Source of the DNA: an uncultured Acidobacteriaceae bacterium
Lineage (GTDB): Bacteria; Acidobacteriota; Terriglobia; Terriglobales; Acidobacteriaceae
Length of the DNA stretch: 64,000 bases
Direction of reading: 5' to 3'
Assembly (NCBI GenBank): GCA_963847685.1
Contig: CAWKAU010000023.1
Location: forward strand, 35,115 to 99,114
Positions 9,410 through 19,350 of this stretch are shown piece after piece. The position numbers and the translations under genes are program-made. Position 1 is the stretch's first letter. Every line of letters begins with the position of its first letter. The notes under the pieces were generated by a model that had not been told where the DNA came from, did not search any database, and saw only the letters and a list, made by a program, of their open reading frames with translations.

Positions 9410-12151
9410 TCAGTCTCCGCCGAGACGCGTGGCGTGGCTTTTGCGCGCTTCTCTGCGGAACTCGGCTTCGATCTCTTTGGGATCGTCGCAATCGAGCAGT
9501 TCCCTCGCCTGCTGTGCGTTCTTTGGCCGCGCCAAGCGGGCCTTGGCGGGATCGAAGACTCTCGCATCCGCGGATAACACGGCATAGGGAGCGAGATCGG
9601 GCGCAGTCGTGAATATGTCGCTGAGGTCGGCGGCGAGCCTATCTTCCAGATTCAAGGGGCCCACGCCCAGCAACTCATAGGTCGTCTTCTGCACACTGCC
9701 CATGCTGCTCCGGCGGTGGGATATATAGCCTTTGCGGATGTAAGGGCTCATCGCGAGCAACACGCTGCGGTGAGCATCGATATGGTCGACCCCACCCTGG
9801 GCGTCGTCTTCGATAACAAACACCGCGCTCTCTCTCCAGATCGCACTGTGAGAGAGGAAGTCGATGATTTTTCCCAGGGCCAGATCGTTGTCCGCAACAT
9901 AGGAGGCGCGGTCGGGATACCCGTCGCGCGCCCGCGCGCTGGCGGTGTGGTCACAGGGAAGACGAATCACAATCAGCGACGGAATATTTCCCCCGCTGAG
10001 CACCTGGGTGAAGTCCTTAGCGAACTCGTCATAGCGGTACTGATCGGGGATGCCGAGGTTAAACGTGGGAAAGTTGCGATCGCTCGAAGTAAAGACCGGC
10101 TGAGGTACGGGAGCATTGAGCACCATACGCTGACCCGAGGGCGCAGAGCCCTCGATCTCTTCTCCGCCCTCCACTTCCAGCCCTTCGCCGTAGTTTCTGA
10201 TGGTCAGACCAGCGTCGGCGATGTGCTCCCACAGCGTTCCAAATTCGGGCTCGTCTTCCGGCATGGGCGCGTCTGCGCCTCCGCCAAGGGCGCGCCGGCC
10301 CGGCGCTGTGCTGAAAGGGTCGACGGTTCTGCGGCCGCCATAGTTGGATGTCCAGGCAACGTGAAACCACGGGGTGGGAGCGGCGCCAAGAGCCCAACGG
10401 TGCCCATCTGCCGACACATCGCTGTCCAGAAAGAAGCGATCGCTGGTGGCAAAGCGCTGGGCCAGTGCATGGGCGTTGGGCGTGACCTTGATGGTCTTAT
10501 CTCGCGGCGCGGCCGCCAGCCATCCATTCAATCCCCAGCGAGCCAGCTTTGCATCCCCATCGCCGCCGGGCAGGTCTCCCAGGATCTCGTCATAAGTGCG
10601 ATTCTCACGGATGATGAGGAAGACGTGCTTCAGCTGGGGCAACCTGGCGCCGGCAACCAAGTCGGCCTGATTGTTGCTAACAACCGACGCAGTGGACTGA
10701 TCAAGATGCGACTCATCCGACAGCGGAATGACCGATACGCTGCCAAATTCGAGCTCTCCAATATAGTTGCCCGTGTTCACGGGATGGAACGAGGCGCCGC
10801 CATTCGGCCCGCTTCCCTTGCCCTTGGTGTTCACCACAAAGAGAGTGTGGCCATCTGCAGAAATCGCGGCGGCTGTGGGAAACCAGCCAACCGGTAAGTG
10901 GCCCAGCACCCGGTTCGAAGCCGTGTCGATGACCGCAACGGCATTGATGCCGGCTTCCGTTACGTAAAGCCGCTGGCCATGAAGGGCGAGCCCAGCCGGC
11001 ATGACCCCGCGCAGAGGGCGACCCTGCCGGTCAAGGAAGGTCTTACCGGTAAACGGGCTCAAGGGAATCTCCCGAATGAGCCGGCTTCCATTGGTATCAA
11101 TGACGGCGACTGAATCCTCGTGGGCCAGGGCAACATAGACGCGATCCGTGCCGGCCACAACTCCGCTGGGCGATGCTCCCCCGATTGCGGTTTTCGCGGC
11201 GCTCTCGCTATCCGGGCCGATCGGCTGTCCCAGCCTGAGGCGGCCAAGCAATTGAGGACTCGCGGGATCGGCAACGTTGTAGGTCCAGAGGGAACTGCCG
11301 CGGCGATCATTCTCGTCTCCCAGCCCGGGAACATCGTGACCCTCAACCTGGACCCCTTTGCGCGCAGCCGAGGAGGGATATCCGAATGGCGGGAAAGCAA
11401 TCCCGGTCTTCAAGAGGTCTTGTTTGTCGACACCGGCAATCGGTTTGTACTCGAAGAGTCCGGAGTTGGTGATGTAAAGGCGGGAGCCATCGGGCGAGAG
11501 TGCTATGGAGAATGGATTGCTTCCGGTCCGCATGAAACCGACGCGCTGGCGGCTGCTGGTGTCGATGATGACGACTCGCCAGTTGCCCTGGTCGAGAACA
11601 TAGAGTAGGCGGCCATCAGGGCTGAGGGCGATGGCGGCAGCGAAGCTCTCCGCGAACGATTGGCCGGCCGTTGCGCCGTTCAGGGAAACGGTCGCAACCC
11701 GCCTCCATGTTTGACTGGACAGGATGTGGACTTCCCCGGTGTCGCCGGTGGTGTCATAAACCAGCAGCCCGTCCGGGGAATACACCACGCCAGTCTGTAC
11801 CTGGATCTCAGGGTCATTCTTGCGGCCGGCGGGGATTCTTTGCACGGAGACGCGATCGACGCCGGGATGATCGATGATGTTCAGGGAGAACGGCCACCCA
11901 ATAGAGGGGACCACGACCTGGTCGCTCCCAGGACGCAGGGCCATGGTGTAAGGAAAGGGGGCAACCTTGATCCAGGAGCCCGTCGGCGTAATGCGGCGTC
12001 CGTTGGGCAAAGTTGCGGAGAGATCTTGCCCACTCAGCGGCAAGGAAGCTGCACTGGCCAGGGAGATCAGGATAGCGAAGTACACCCGCAGAGAACGCAC
12101 GGCCCAGTCAATCGATCGATTCATAGGAAAGGAGCCTTTCCTTCCGATCAT
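9410..12151 (-). CDS. secreted beta-propeller (YncE/YVTN-like) fused to phosphoesterase (PLC/acid-phosphatase family) domain
   Basis: It has a signal peptide. Propeller repeats include LSPDGRLLYVLDQGNW, LSPDGSRLYITNSG and ISADGHTLFVVNTKG. The C-terminal half starts HVFLIIRENRTYDEILGDL, typical of the phosphoesterase family. An alternative start is at 12124. Confidence 0.8.
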   Translation of the reverse strand: MIGRKGSFPMNRSIDWAVRSLRVYFAILISLASAASLPLSGQDLSATLPNGRRITPTGSWIKVAPFPYTMALRPGSDQVVVPSIGWPFSLNIIDHPGVDRVSVQRIPAGRKNDPEIQVQTGVVYSPDGLLVYDTTGDTGEVHILSSQTWRRVATVSLNGATAGQSFAESFAAAIALSPDGRLLYVLDQGNWRVVIIDTSSRQRVGFMRTGSNPFSIALSPDGSRLYITNSGLFEYKPIAGVDKQDLLKTGIAFPPFGYPSSAARKGVQVEGHDVPGLGDENDRRGSSLWTYNVADPASPQLLGRLRLGQPIGPDSESAAKTAIGGASPSGVVAGTDRVYVALAHEDSVAVIDTNGSRLIREIPLSPFTGKTFLDRQGRPLRGVMPAGLALHGQRLYVTEAGINAVAVIDTASNRVLGHLPVGWFPTAAAISADGHTLFVVNTKGKGSGPNGGASFHPVNTGNYIGELEFGSVSVIPLSDESHLDQSTASVVSNNQADLVAGARLPQLKHVFLIIRENRTYDEILGDLPGGDGDAKLARWGLNGWLAAAPRDKTIKVTPNAHALAQRFATSDRFFLDSDVSADGHRWALGAAPTPWFHVAWTSNYGGRRTVDPFSTAPGRRALGGGADAPMPEDEPEFGTLWEHIADAGLTIRNYGEGLEVEGGEEIEGSAPSGQRMVLNAPVPQPVFTSSDRNFPTFNLGIPDQYRYDEFAKDFTQVLSGGNIPSLIVIRLPCDHTASARARDGYPDRASYVADNDLALGKIIDFLSHSAIWRESAVFVIEDDAQGGVDHIDAHRSVLLAMSPYIRKGYISHRRSSMGSVQKTTYELLGVGPLNLEDRLAADLSDIFTTAPDLAPYAVLSADARVFDPAKARLARPKNAQQARELLDCDDPKEIEAEFRREARKSHATRLGGD

Positions 12152-12714
12152 GCAGGAATTTGGCAGAGTTTTGCAGGACGACTGGAAAATTTCATGAATT
12201 TTGCCGACCGCGGCTGCGTCTTGTTGTTTGGTTGTAACGGATCAGGGGTAGCGCGCACTAATGGTCGGAGGGCTCTTCCATGAGGTGCATTTCGATTTCA
12301 ACGGCGGTTATTCTTCTGTGCGTATCACTTGCCGCCTTCGCATAAGAGCCCTGGCATTACCAACGTTACCGGCCTTATGCATATACCGCGCCTTCTGCAA
12401 GGCCAGGGAGTTACTCTAGACCCGGGGGGGCCTCTTTCTATGGATATTCTCCTGGATGCCAGCCAACACCACCCTACCTCCGACATTCTGGAAATCGTCT
12501 CCCACCTTATTTATCTGGCCCGGCACACCGAATCCGGTTCAGACCGGCAACTCCGTTGTTTAGATCTGGCGGCAGAGGTGATATCACAGGCACGCCATCA
12601 ACAGGTGTACTCAAGCCAGCTGTAACCCTCCCGATTTGTTCTTGTCCATCAGACTCAGGCATCATAGATAGCGGCAGAGAATCCAGCGCCCGTGTGTTTT
12701 CTCGGGAAAGTGAG

Positions 12715-13755
12715 ATGCCCTTGGCACGTCCTTTGTGGTCAGGAACCATACAGATTTCCCTGGTGGGCTTCGCGGTCGAAATCTACCCTGCGACCAGCAC
12801 AACCCGCCCAATTTCCTTTCATGAAATCGACAGGAACACACTGAGCCGGGTACGCCGTGCCAATGTATCGGCAGGTCCCGCGCCGTCTGAAGAAACAGCG
12901 AGTGGAAACGAAGAAGGGGAAGAGATTGCGCCCGCGCACAGCTCGTCGTTGCACATCGCGCCGCCGGCCAGGGATAAGAGCGAGCAAGAGCCTGTGCAGC
13001 ACACCGTGGATCGAGCCGACATTGTCAAAGGCTATGAGTACGAGAAGGGTAAATATGCCATCGTCGAGCCAGAAGAGCTGAAGAACCTGCGGCTTGCGGG
13101 CAAAAAGACAATCGAGATTTCGCAATTCGCAAGAGCGGCTGAGATCAGTCCCGCTCTCTACGAGAAGCCTTACTTTGTAATGCCCAAGGCCGGCCCGCAA
13201 GCGGTAGCGTTTGCCGTGATGAGGCAAAGCATGGCCGAAGGTGGAATGGTGGGAGTGGGGGAGATTGTGTTCAGCGGGCGGCAGCATCTGATGACGCTGG
13301 CGCCGCCACAAGACCCGCAGCAACCGGGAATGATGCTCTATACCCTCCGCTTTGCAGCCGAGTTACGCAATGCCAGCGATTACGCGACCAACACGGAGAG
13401 CAAACCGGCGGATGCCGCCCAGCTCCGCCTGGCGAAGCAGCTGATCGAAGCCTATACCCAGCCATTTGAAGTGAGCCGCTTCAAAGACCACTATGAAGAG
13501 GCGCTTCGTGAGCTGGTGGAAGCCAAGATCAAGAATCTGCCTGTACCCGAGCCCGAGGCCGAAAAGAAGCCCCCCAAGGTGGTCGACCTGATGGAAGCAC
13601 TGCGCAGGAGCCTCGCCCAGGTAAACCCCTCGGATACCGCTGAGCAGGTCGCCGCAGCCGACGCAGAACCGGCTGCTGCAAGCTCCAGAACGAGCGGCTC
13701 TCGCCGGACGGCTGTGCCTCGCGCCGCAAACGGCAAGAAGAAAAAATCTGCTTAG
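12715..13755 (+). CDS. ku: Ku family DNA end-binding protein
   Basis: The N-terminus ARPLWSGTIQISLVGFAVEIYPATS and the core DIVKGYEYEKGKYAIVEPEEL...EISQF...YFVMP are Ku hallmarks. It ends in a basic C-terminal tail, GKKKKSA. The ATG at 12715 was chosen over the ORF-track start at 12556. Confidence 0.85.
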   Translation: MPLARPLWSGTIQISLVGFAVEIYPATSTTRPISFHEIDRNTLSRVRRANVSAGPAPSEETASGNEEGEEIAPAHSSSLHIAPPARDKSEQEPVQHTVDRADIVKGYEYEKGKYAIVEPEELKNLRLAGKKTIEISQFARAAEISPALYEKPYFVMPKAGPQAVAFAVMRQSMAEGGMVGVGEIVFSGRQHLMTLAPPQDPQQPGMMLYTLRFAAELRNASDYATNTESKPADAAQLRLAKQLIEAYTQPFEVSRFKDHYEEALRELVEAKIKNLPVPEPEAEKKPPKVVDLMEALRRSLAQVNPSDTAEQVAAADAEPAAASSRTSGSRRTAVPRAANGKKKKSA

Positions 13756-13924
13756 CGGCGAAACAACCTGAATTTCCGCGTCACTCCTTCATCACCCTTC
13801 TTCGCCAGGCAAGGTGTGGACGAAGAGTTTTGCCAGTCACTATGATTGGATTTTCCTGCGGGGAGATCCTAGTTCTGCGCAGTTTCCTGGAGTCCCCCCG
13901 CACCCGTTCGTGGAGGGTGAATCC

Positions 13925-15457
13925 ATGGCTTATTGCACAACATGCGGCAATCAGGTGGCTCCGGCAGCAAGATTTTGCCCCAAGTGCGGGTCGCCCGTCG
14001 ACACGCCGGCTCAACCAATCGCCCCTGCACCCGCCCAGCCCGCGGTTGCGGTTCCGCTACAGACTGCGCCCCCTCCCCAACCTCCTGCGCCGCCTGCAAA
14101 AGGCAAGGGCCTGTCGGTGCTGCTTATCGTGCTCGCCGTGCTAGCGCTGATCGTCATGGTCGCAGTCGGTGGGATTGTTTACGTTGGGTATAAGGTCAAA
14201 CAAAAAGTAAGCAGCGTCGCCCAGGCGGTGACCCACCCTGCCCCGGGCCCAGGCGGGAACAAAGAGGGGGGCCCGGCACAGCTCGACCTTAACAAGTTAG
14301 GCGGGTTATTGGGCGGCCTCACCGCCGCCTCACCCACCAAGGGAGTGGATGACGGCGACCAAGTACCGAGCATGAAGGCCAGCGACCCGGTGGCGCCGTG
14401 CTCCGCGACTCCCTTGCCGGCGCAGAGCTCAGCACGAATTCCATTACAGCCGGGCACGGCAATCACCATCGCCTGGGGGGTTAAGTACGGGGACGTGGAA
14501 AGCCGGGCCACGATCAGGGAAACCGATTCAACGTCCGTGGCGTTCACCAGCGCCACCGACGCGCGAAAAGACGATGATGGGCAGCAAGCAAAGGCGGTTT
14601 CGTCTGATCACATTGTGTGTAATGAAGATTTCGCAACTGCGGATACCTACACCACGATCACCGGCGGCGGTGTTCCCCGACTGATACACGGTTGGACCCG
14701 GCTGAGGCTGTCAAGCAAGTCCTTCGGTGAGGTGAAGTCCTCAGGCAAAACCAACTTCGTATACTCCAGCTTCTGGTCGCAGCAAAGGCCCGACTACCAG
14801 GGCGGCATCCTCACTCGAGTGGAGCCTCAGGATGTTTCCTATCCCATGATCGTGAACGATCAGCGTGTGAACCTGCCGGCGATCCATCTAGCGGGCGTAA
14901 TGGAGTCGGTAGGAAAAGACCCGAGGCCTAGAAAGGATCGTCCATCGCACAGCCCCGCCGACGTGTATGTGATCGACGATCCAATCGATCCGCTGGTTCT
15001 GATGTTGAAGATCCAGGATCCGGTCTTTCACGATGGCAAGTTCAGACTCGAAGTGGTGAAGATCGACTACAAAACTGCGCAACCGCAAAATACTGTAGAG
15101 AAGCAACTCTCAGAGCAGAAACGCGCGGTCACGTACGGCATCTATTTCGACTTCAACAAAGACACCATCAAGCCGGAATCAGAGCCAGTGCTGAAGGAGA
15201 TCGTGCAGGCAATGACCGACAACCCGGATTGGAAGCTGACGGTGGAAGGCCACACCGACAACATTGGCGGCGACGCGTACAACCTCGATCTCTCGAAGCG
15301 CCGCGCCGCAGCGGTGAAAGAGGCGCTGGTCACCCGCTACCAAATGGCACCAGAGCGCCTCTCCACGGACGGCTTTGGCGCCTCTCGCCCGGTGGAGACA
15401 AACGACACGCTCGAAGGCCGGGCGCGCAACCGGCGGGTTGAACTCACCCGGCAGTAG
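13925..15457 (+). CDS. zinc-ribbon / TM / OmpA-like peptidoglycan-binding domain protein
   Basis: MAYCTTCGNQVAPAARFCPKCGSPV is a zinc ribbon, followed by a Pro-rich linker and the TM segment LSVLLIVLAVLALIVMVAVGGIVYVGY. The C-terminal OmpA_C motif reads FDFNKDTIKPES...LTVEGHTDNIGGDAYNLDLSKRRAAAV...NRRVEL. Confidence 0.85.
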   Translation: MAYCTTCGNQVAPAARFCPKCGSPVDTPAQPIAPAPAQPAVAVPLQTAPPPQPPAPPAKGKGLSVLLIVLAVLALIVMVAVGGIVYVGYKVKQKVSSVAQAVTHPAPGPGGNKEGGPAQLDLNKLGGLLGGLTAASPTKGVDDGDQVPSMKASDPVAPCSATPLPAQSSARIPLQPGTAITIAWGVKYGDVESRATIRETDSTSVAFTSATDARKDDDGQQAKAVSSDHIVCNEDFATADTYTTITGGGVPRLIHGWTRLRLSSKSFGEVKSSGKTNFVYSSFWSQQRPDYQGGILTRVEPQDVSYPMIVNDQRVNLPAIHLAGVMESVGKDPRPRKDRPSHSPADVYVIDDPIDPLVLMLKIQDPVFHDGKFRLEVVKIDYKTAQPQNTVEKQLSEQKRAVTYGIYFDFNKDTIKPESEPVLKEIVQAMTDNPDWKLTVEGHTDNIGGDAYNLDLSKRRAAAVKEALVTRYQMAPERLSTDGFGASRPVETNDTLEGRARNRRVELTRQ

Positions 15458-15548
15458 CCAGACGAGGGCGGCCGTACCAGGCGCAGAAGAGTCCTCCCTA
15501 TTGTTGTCTTCGTACTTCGTATCTGGTAAGACCTTCATGTGACGACTT

Positions 15549-18500
15549 TTGCTCCTGGGGCTGCTCCTAGTGCGGTTTATCCTACGTAGTCTCTTAGTGT
15601 GCAAGGTTCTTGTTCTCGTTCTTCTCGTGACACTCTCCCGGGCGGATGCCCAGTCCTTGCCCAATGTGCGCGTGGCGCCCGCTGCGCGCCAGATCTCCGG
15701 GCCAATCGACGAATCGAATCTGCGGCGCCTCACGGGCAATCCCAGCCCTTCAGCCCAGGCCAGGGACCTCGGCCGGGTGCCCAATGATCGTGCGCAAGAG
15801 CACATACTGTTGATGCTCAAACGCGAAACCGCGCAGCAACAGGCACTCGACCGATTCATGCAGGAGCAGTACGATCGGCAGTCTGCCAACTTCCACCAGT
15901 GGCTCACTCCTGAGCAGTACGGCTCGCTTTTTGGCCCAACCACTGAAGACATAAGCCAGATCACGCATTGGCTCACCCGGCATGGGTTCACCGTAAACAG
16001 GGTGGCAGCCGGGCGCACGTTCATTGATTTCAGCGGCAATGCGGGCCAGATCGCCACAGCATTTCACACTGAGATCCATCGTTACCAGCGCTCCGGCGAA
16101 GAGCATTTCGCAAATGCAAGCGACCCCATGATCCCGGCAGCGCTGGCTAACCTGGTCTCCGGATTTCGGGCGCTCAACGACTTTCATCCCAAACCTGCGC
16201 TCCACAAACCGGGCATCGCACGATTAGATCGGGGCACGGGCAAATGGTCGCGGGCAACCGGGGGCCATTTCACCACGGATTACGGTGGGGGCACAGACTA
16301 TGTGGTCGGACCGCAAGACTTCGCACAGATCTATGGGGTAAACCAGGTCTGGCAGCAGAAGCTACTGGGAACCGGGCAGACGATTGCAGTGATCGGCGAT
16401 GGCATTCCAGCCGCAGGCGATATTCAGAACTTTCGCGATCAGTTTGGTATCTCCGCCCTTGGTCCGAACGGGTCGGTCGTGATCGATCACCCCCCAGCCT
16501 CCGTTTGCGCCGCCCCCGATCCAACCATCAACGACGAGGAAGGCTATATCGATGCGGAGTGGGTGGGGGCGACAGCGCCGGACGCAACCATCGACTTTGT
16601 GACCTGCGCCGACAGCGGTGTAACCTCAGGAACCGATCTGGCCGCCAGCTACATCGTGCAAGACGCAACCCACGTCAAGAACGATGCCGTGCTGAGCTCG
16701 AGCTACGGGTACTGTGAGCAGGATCCGCGAAGCGAGTCGGACCAGTTCTACGTTCAGCTCTGGCAACAGGCGGCGGCCGAAGGCATTACGGTGGTGGTGG
16801 CCACCGGCGATGCGGGAGGAGCAGAGTGCGATGAGCCCCTGACTTTTACTTATGTCACCAACGGTCTTGCGGTGAGCGCCGAAGCTTCGACCCCTTATAA
16901 CGTCGCAGCCGGTGGCACAGACTTTAGCGACGTCTTCAGCGGGACGACCGCCAGCTACTGGTCAGCGGCCAATGGCGCCAATCTGCAAAGCGCTCAATCC
17001 TACATCCCGGAAACGCCATGGGATGAGAGTTGCGCCAGCCCGTTGGTGCTGCAAGGATACAATCAGGTCCACGGCACCAGCTTTGAGTCCAGTTCCGGCG
17101 CGAACGGTTTCTGCACGTACGCCTCTCAGCTTCCCCCTGACCCGTTGTTCGGAATCTCGCCGACGTTTATCCGTTCTGCGGGAAGCGGAGGATTGAGCAC
17201 CGTTTCCACCCGGCCAGGCTGGCAAAGCGGGGTTACCGGGCTGCCCTCGGGCAATGCCCGCGCCCTTCCCGATATATCCATGTTTGCCTCATCCGGCCTG
17301 ACCTGGGGGCACTCGCTGATATTTTGCGATTCCGGAACAGGGCAGGGTTGTGACTTCTCAAACGCAACGACTGTGCTGGCAAATACGGACGGCGGCACCT
17401 CGTTCGTTGCTCCCGCCTTCTCTGGCATTATGGCGCTCATCAACCAAAGGGTCGGGGGACGCCAGGGACAGGCCAATAACATCCTTTACCCGCTGGCGGC
17501 GCAGCAGTTCATCAATAGCAGCAGCACGACGACGCCCAATCTCACCACTTGCGCCGCGTACCTTGGCACCAGTGTTCTTCCTGCCTGCTTCTTTCACGAC
17601 ATCAGCGAGACGCCGAACCCTGACACCGCCACGCAAGCGCAAACACCGTTCCTTATGGGCACGACCGCAGTGCCCTGCACCGGAAGCGCGAGCGCCGCGG
17701 GCGTCTTCACAGATGCGAGCACTGACCCCGCCTCCAACTCAGAAAATTGTTACGGGTACCAGATCACAGTCACCGCATCGGGAAGCACCCTGACGACAAC
17801 TCCTGATTACTACGGAGTGCTGTCGACCTCCGATAACGCCGGCTCGGCTGCATTTACGGCCACTCCGGGCTACGACCTCGCCACGGGTCTGGGCAGCCCA
17901 AACGTCTTTGCCCTGGTGAACGCCCCGCAGTGGTTGGCGCTCTCCATCACTACCTCGTCGCTGCCCCAGGGTGTTGTGGGCAGCGCATACTCGCAGACGC
18001 TCGCAGCCAGTGGCGGAATCGCACCCTATACCTGGAGCGTGGTCTCGGGCGCTTTGCCCGCCGGACTGTCGCTTGCCGCGGCAACAGGAGTCGTATCCGG
18101 AACTCCCACAGCAGCCGGTTTAGCCACCTTTACCGTTCAGGTTGCTGACTCAGCAAGCACGCCCGCAACTGCAACTGCCTCCCTTTCGCTGACCGTAGCC
18201 AGAGTGCCGGTTGCCAGCTCCACGGCGCTTACCTCTTCTTCGGCGGTAGTGGGGACAGGGATGAGTGTTACGTTCACCGCAAGCGTTTCGGGCGTCGGGG
18301 GGGTGCCGACCGGGACAGTGACCTTCTATAACGGCATGACCTCCCTGGGCACCGGCACGTTGGCGGCTGGCGTGGCAACCCTTACCACGTCTTTCAGCGC
18401 TGCTGGAACAGAGACCATCACGGCGACGTATGGCGGAGACGCAAATTTCAACGGGAGTACATCGCCGCCCCTGACGGAGACTGTTGTAGTCCCTGGGTTC

Positions 18501-19016
18501 AGCGCGACGGTGACCCCCTCCGCCTTGACAGTCCCGTTTGCGGGCTCAGGAACGGTTACGTTCACCATCACGCCGCAAGGTAGTTTCACCGGCCCGGTAA
18601 ATTTTGCCTGCGGGACGCTTCCTGCATACTTCTCCTGTAACTTCGCCGCGCCGTCGGTTTCATTCACGTCAGGTGGAGCGATGACCAACACGCTTACCGT
18701 CAATACCGCCATCGCGCCGACAGCTTCTGTGGCGCACGCCGGCGGCATCGCAAGCGGAGTATTTACGGCAACGCTCTTCCTGCTGCCAGGCCTTGCCGGG
18801 CTTCTGACCGGCCGCCGACGCAGAGGACGCAATTCAGCGAACGCACGGATATGGCTGCTTGTCCTGCTTTTCATCTGGAGCGGAGGAGTCGGAATGTTGG
18901 GCGGTTGCGGCAACGGCGACCATCAAGCTCCGGACGGAAAATACACCATCCCCGTCAATCTCACGTCCAGTAGCGCGGCGAGCCAGACCCTTGATGTTGT
19001 CGTGATGGTTGAATAA
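15549..19016 (+). CDS. S53 (sedolisin/kumamolisin-like) peptidase with Ig-like repeats and unusual C-terminal anchor module
   Basis: It has a signal peptide and a pro-kumamolisin activation-like region ([33 protein letters not shown]...[15 protein letters not shown]). The catalytic Ser context is [18 protein letters not shown]. Putative Ig repeats include [25 protein letters not shown] and [17 protein letters not shown]...[12 protein letters not shown]. The track start is a TTG codon. Confidence 0.85.
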   Translation: MLLGLLLVRFILRSLLVCKVLVLVLLVTLSRADAQSLPNVRVAPAARQISGPIDESNLRRLTGNPSPSAQARDLGRVPNDRAQEHILLMLKRETAQQQALDRFMQEQYDRQSANFHQWLTPEQYGSLFGPTTEDISQITHWLTRHGFTVNRVAAGRTFIDFSGNAGQIATAFHTEIHRYQRSGEEHFANASDPMIPAALANLVSGFRALNDFHPKPALHKPGIARLDRGTGKWSRATGGHFTTDYGGGTDYVVGPQDFAQIYGVNQVWQQKLLGTGQTIAVIGDGIPAAGDIQNFRDQFGISALGPNGSVVIDHPPASVCAAPDPTINDEEGYIDAEWVGATAPDATIDFVTCADSGVTSGTDLAASYIVQDATHVKNDAVLSSSYGYCEQDPRSESDQFYVQLWQQAAAEGITVVVATGDAGGAECDEPLTFTYVTNGLAVSAEASTPYNVAAGGTDFSDVFSGTTASYWSAANGANLQSAQSYIPETPWDESCASPLVLQGYNQVHGTSFESSSGANGFCTYASQLPPDPLFGISPTFIRSAGSGGLSTVSTRPGWQSGVTGLPSGNARALPDISMFASSGLTWGHSLIFCDSGTGQGCDFSNATTVLANTDGGTSFVAPAFSGIMALINQRVGGRQGQANNILYPLAAQQFINSSSTTTPNLTTCAAYLGTSVLPACFFHDISETPNPDTATQAQTPFLMGTTAVPCTGSASAAGVFTDASTDPASNSENCYGYQITVTASGSTLTTTPDYYGVLSTSDNAGSAAFTATPGYDLATGLGSPNVFALVNAPQWLALSITTSSLPQGVVGSAYSQTLAASGGIAPYTWSVVSGALPAGLSLAAATGVVSGTPTAAGLATFTVQVADSASTPATATASLSLTVARVPVASSTALTSSSAVVGTGMSVTFTASVSGVGGVPTGTVTFYNGMTSLGTGTLAAGVATLTTSFSAAGTETITATYGGDANFNGSTSPPLTETVVVPGFSATVTPSALTVPFAGSGTVTFTITPQGSFTGPVNFACGTLPAYFSCNFAAPSVSFTSGGAMTNTLTVNTAIAPTASVAHAGGIASGVFTATLFLLPGLAGLLTGRRRRGRNSANARIWLLVLLFIWSGGVGMLGGCGNGDHQAPDGKYTIPVNLTSSSAASQTLDVVVMVE

Positions 19017-19240
19017 GACCTCTGCGCTGATCTATGCCGGGTAAAATATTTCACCCTCTGCGCCGCACAGGCAGGACCGACCCATTTGAATGGGTCCGTC
19101 AGACGATCTTTCCCACCGGCCACCAGCGCTTTAAGCAAGAAGCTTCAAATTATGCTGAGAGAAAGAATCCAGTTCGAGGTGAAGCCACGTAAATACGTCA
19201 GCGACACCCCGGTTTAGCTGACCATCAAATGGCCCGCCGT

Positions 19241-19266
19241 GTTGTAGATCTCACGAGATCTGCAAC
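19241..19266. promoter_or_regulatory. imperfect 12-nt-arm inverted repeat upstream of the first LuxR-type gene
   Basis: gttgtagatctc-ac-gagatctgcaac, with arms matching 11 of 12. It lies 85 nt upstream of the ATG at 19351. Confidence 0.3.
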
Positions 19267-19350
19267 TTTTCTTGATCTCGATTAACGTCAGACCGCATCT
19301 CTCTCCCTCACACTATAAGTGAGCTTAGGTGAAGATCTGAGGTCTTCTAA

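Noticed and set aside
12329-12625. 98-aa ORF upstream of ku.
   Set aside because: It has no RBS before either candidate start, no recognisable motif, and overlaps the ORF-track extension of ku. It cannot be supported from sequence alone.
19078-19095. Hairpin gacccat-ttga-atgggtc as an intrinsic terminator of the S53 gene.
   Set aside because: It has only a 7-bp stem and no U-tract. It is mentioned only as a possible relative of the REP-like element, not as a supported terminator.
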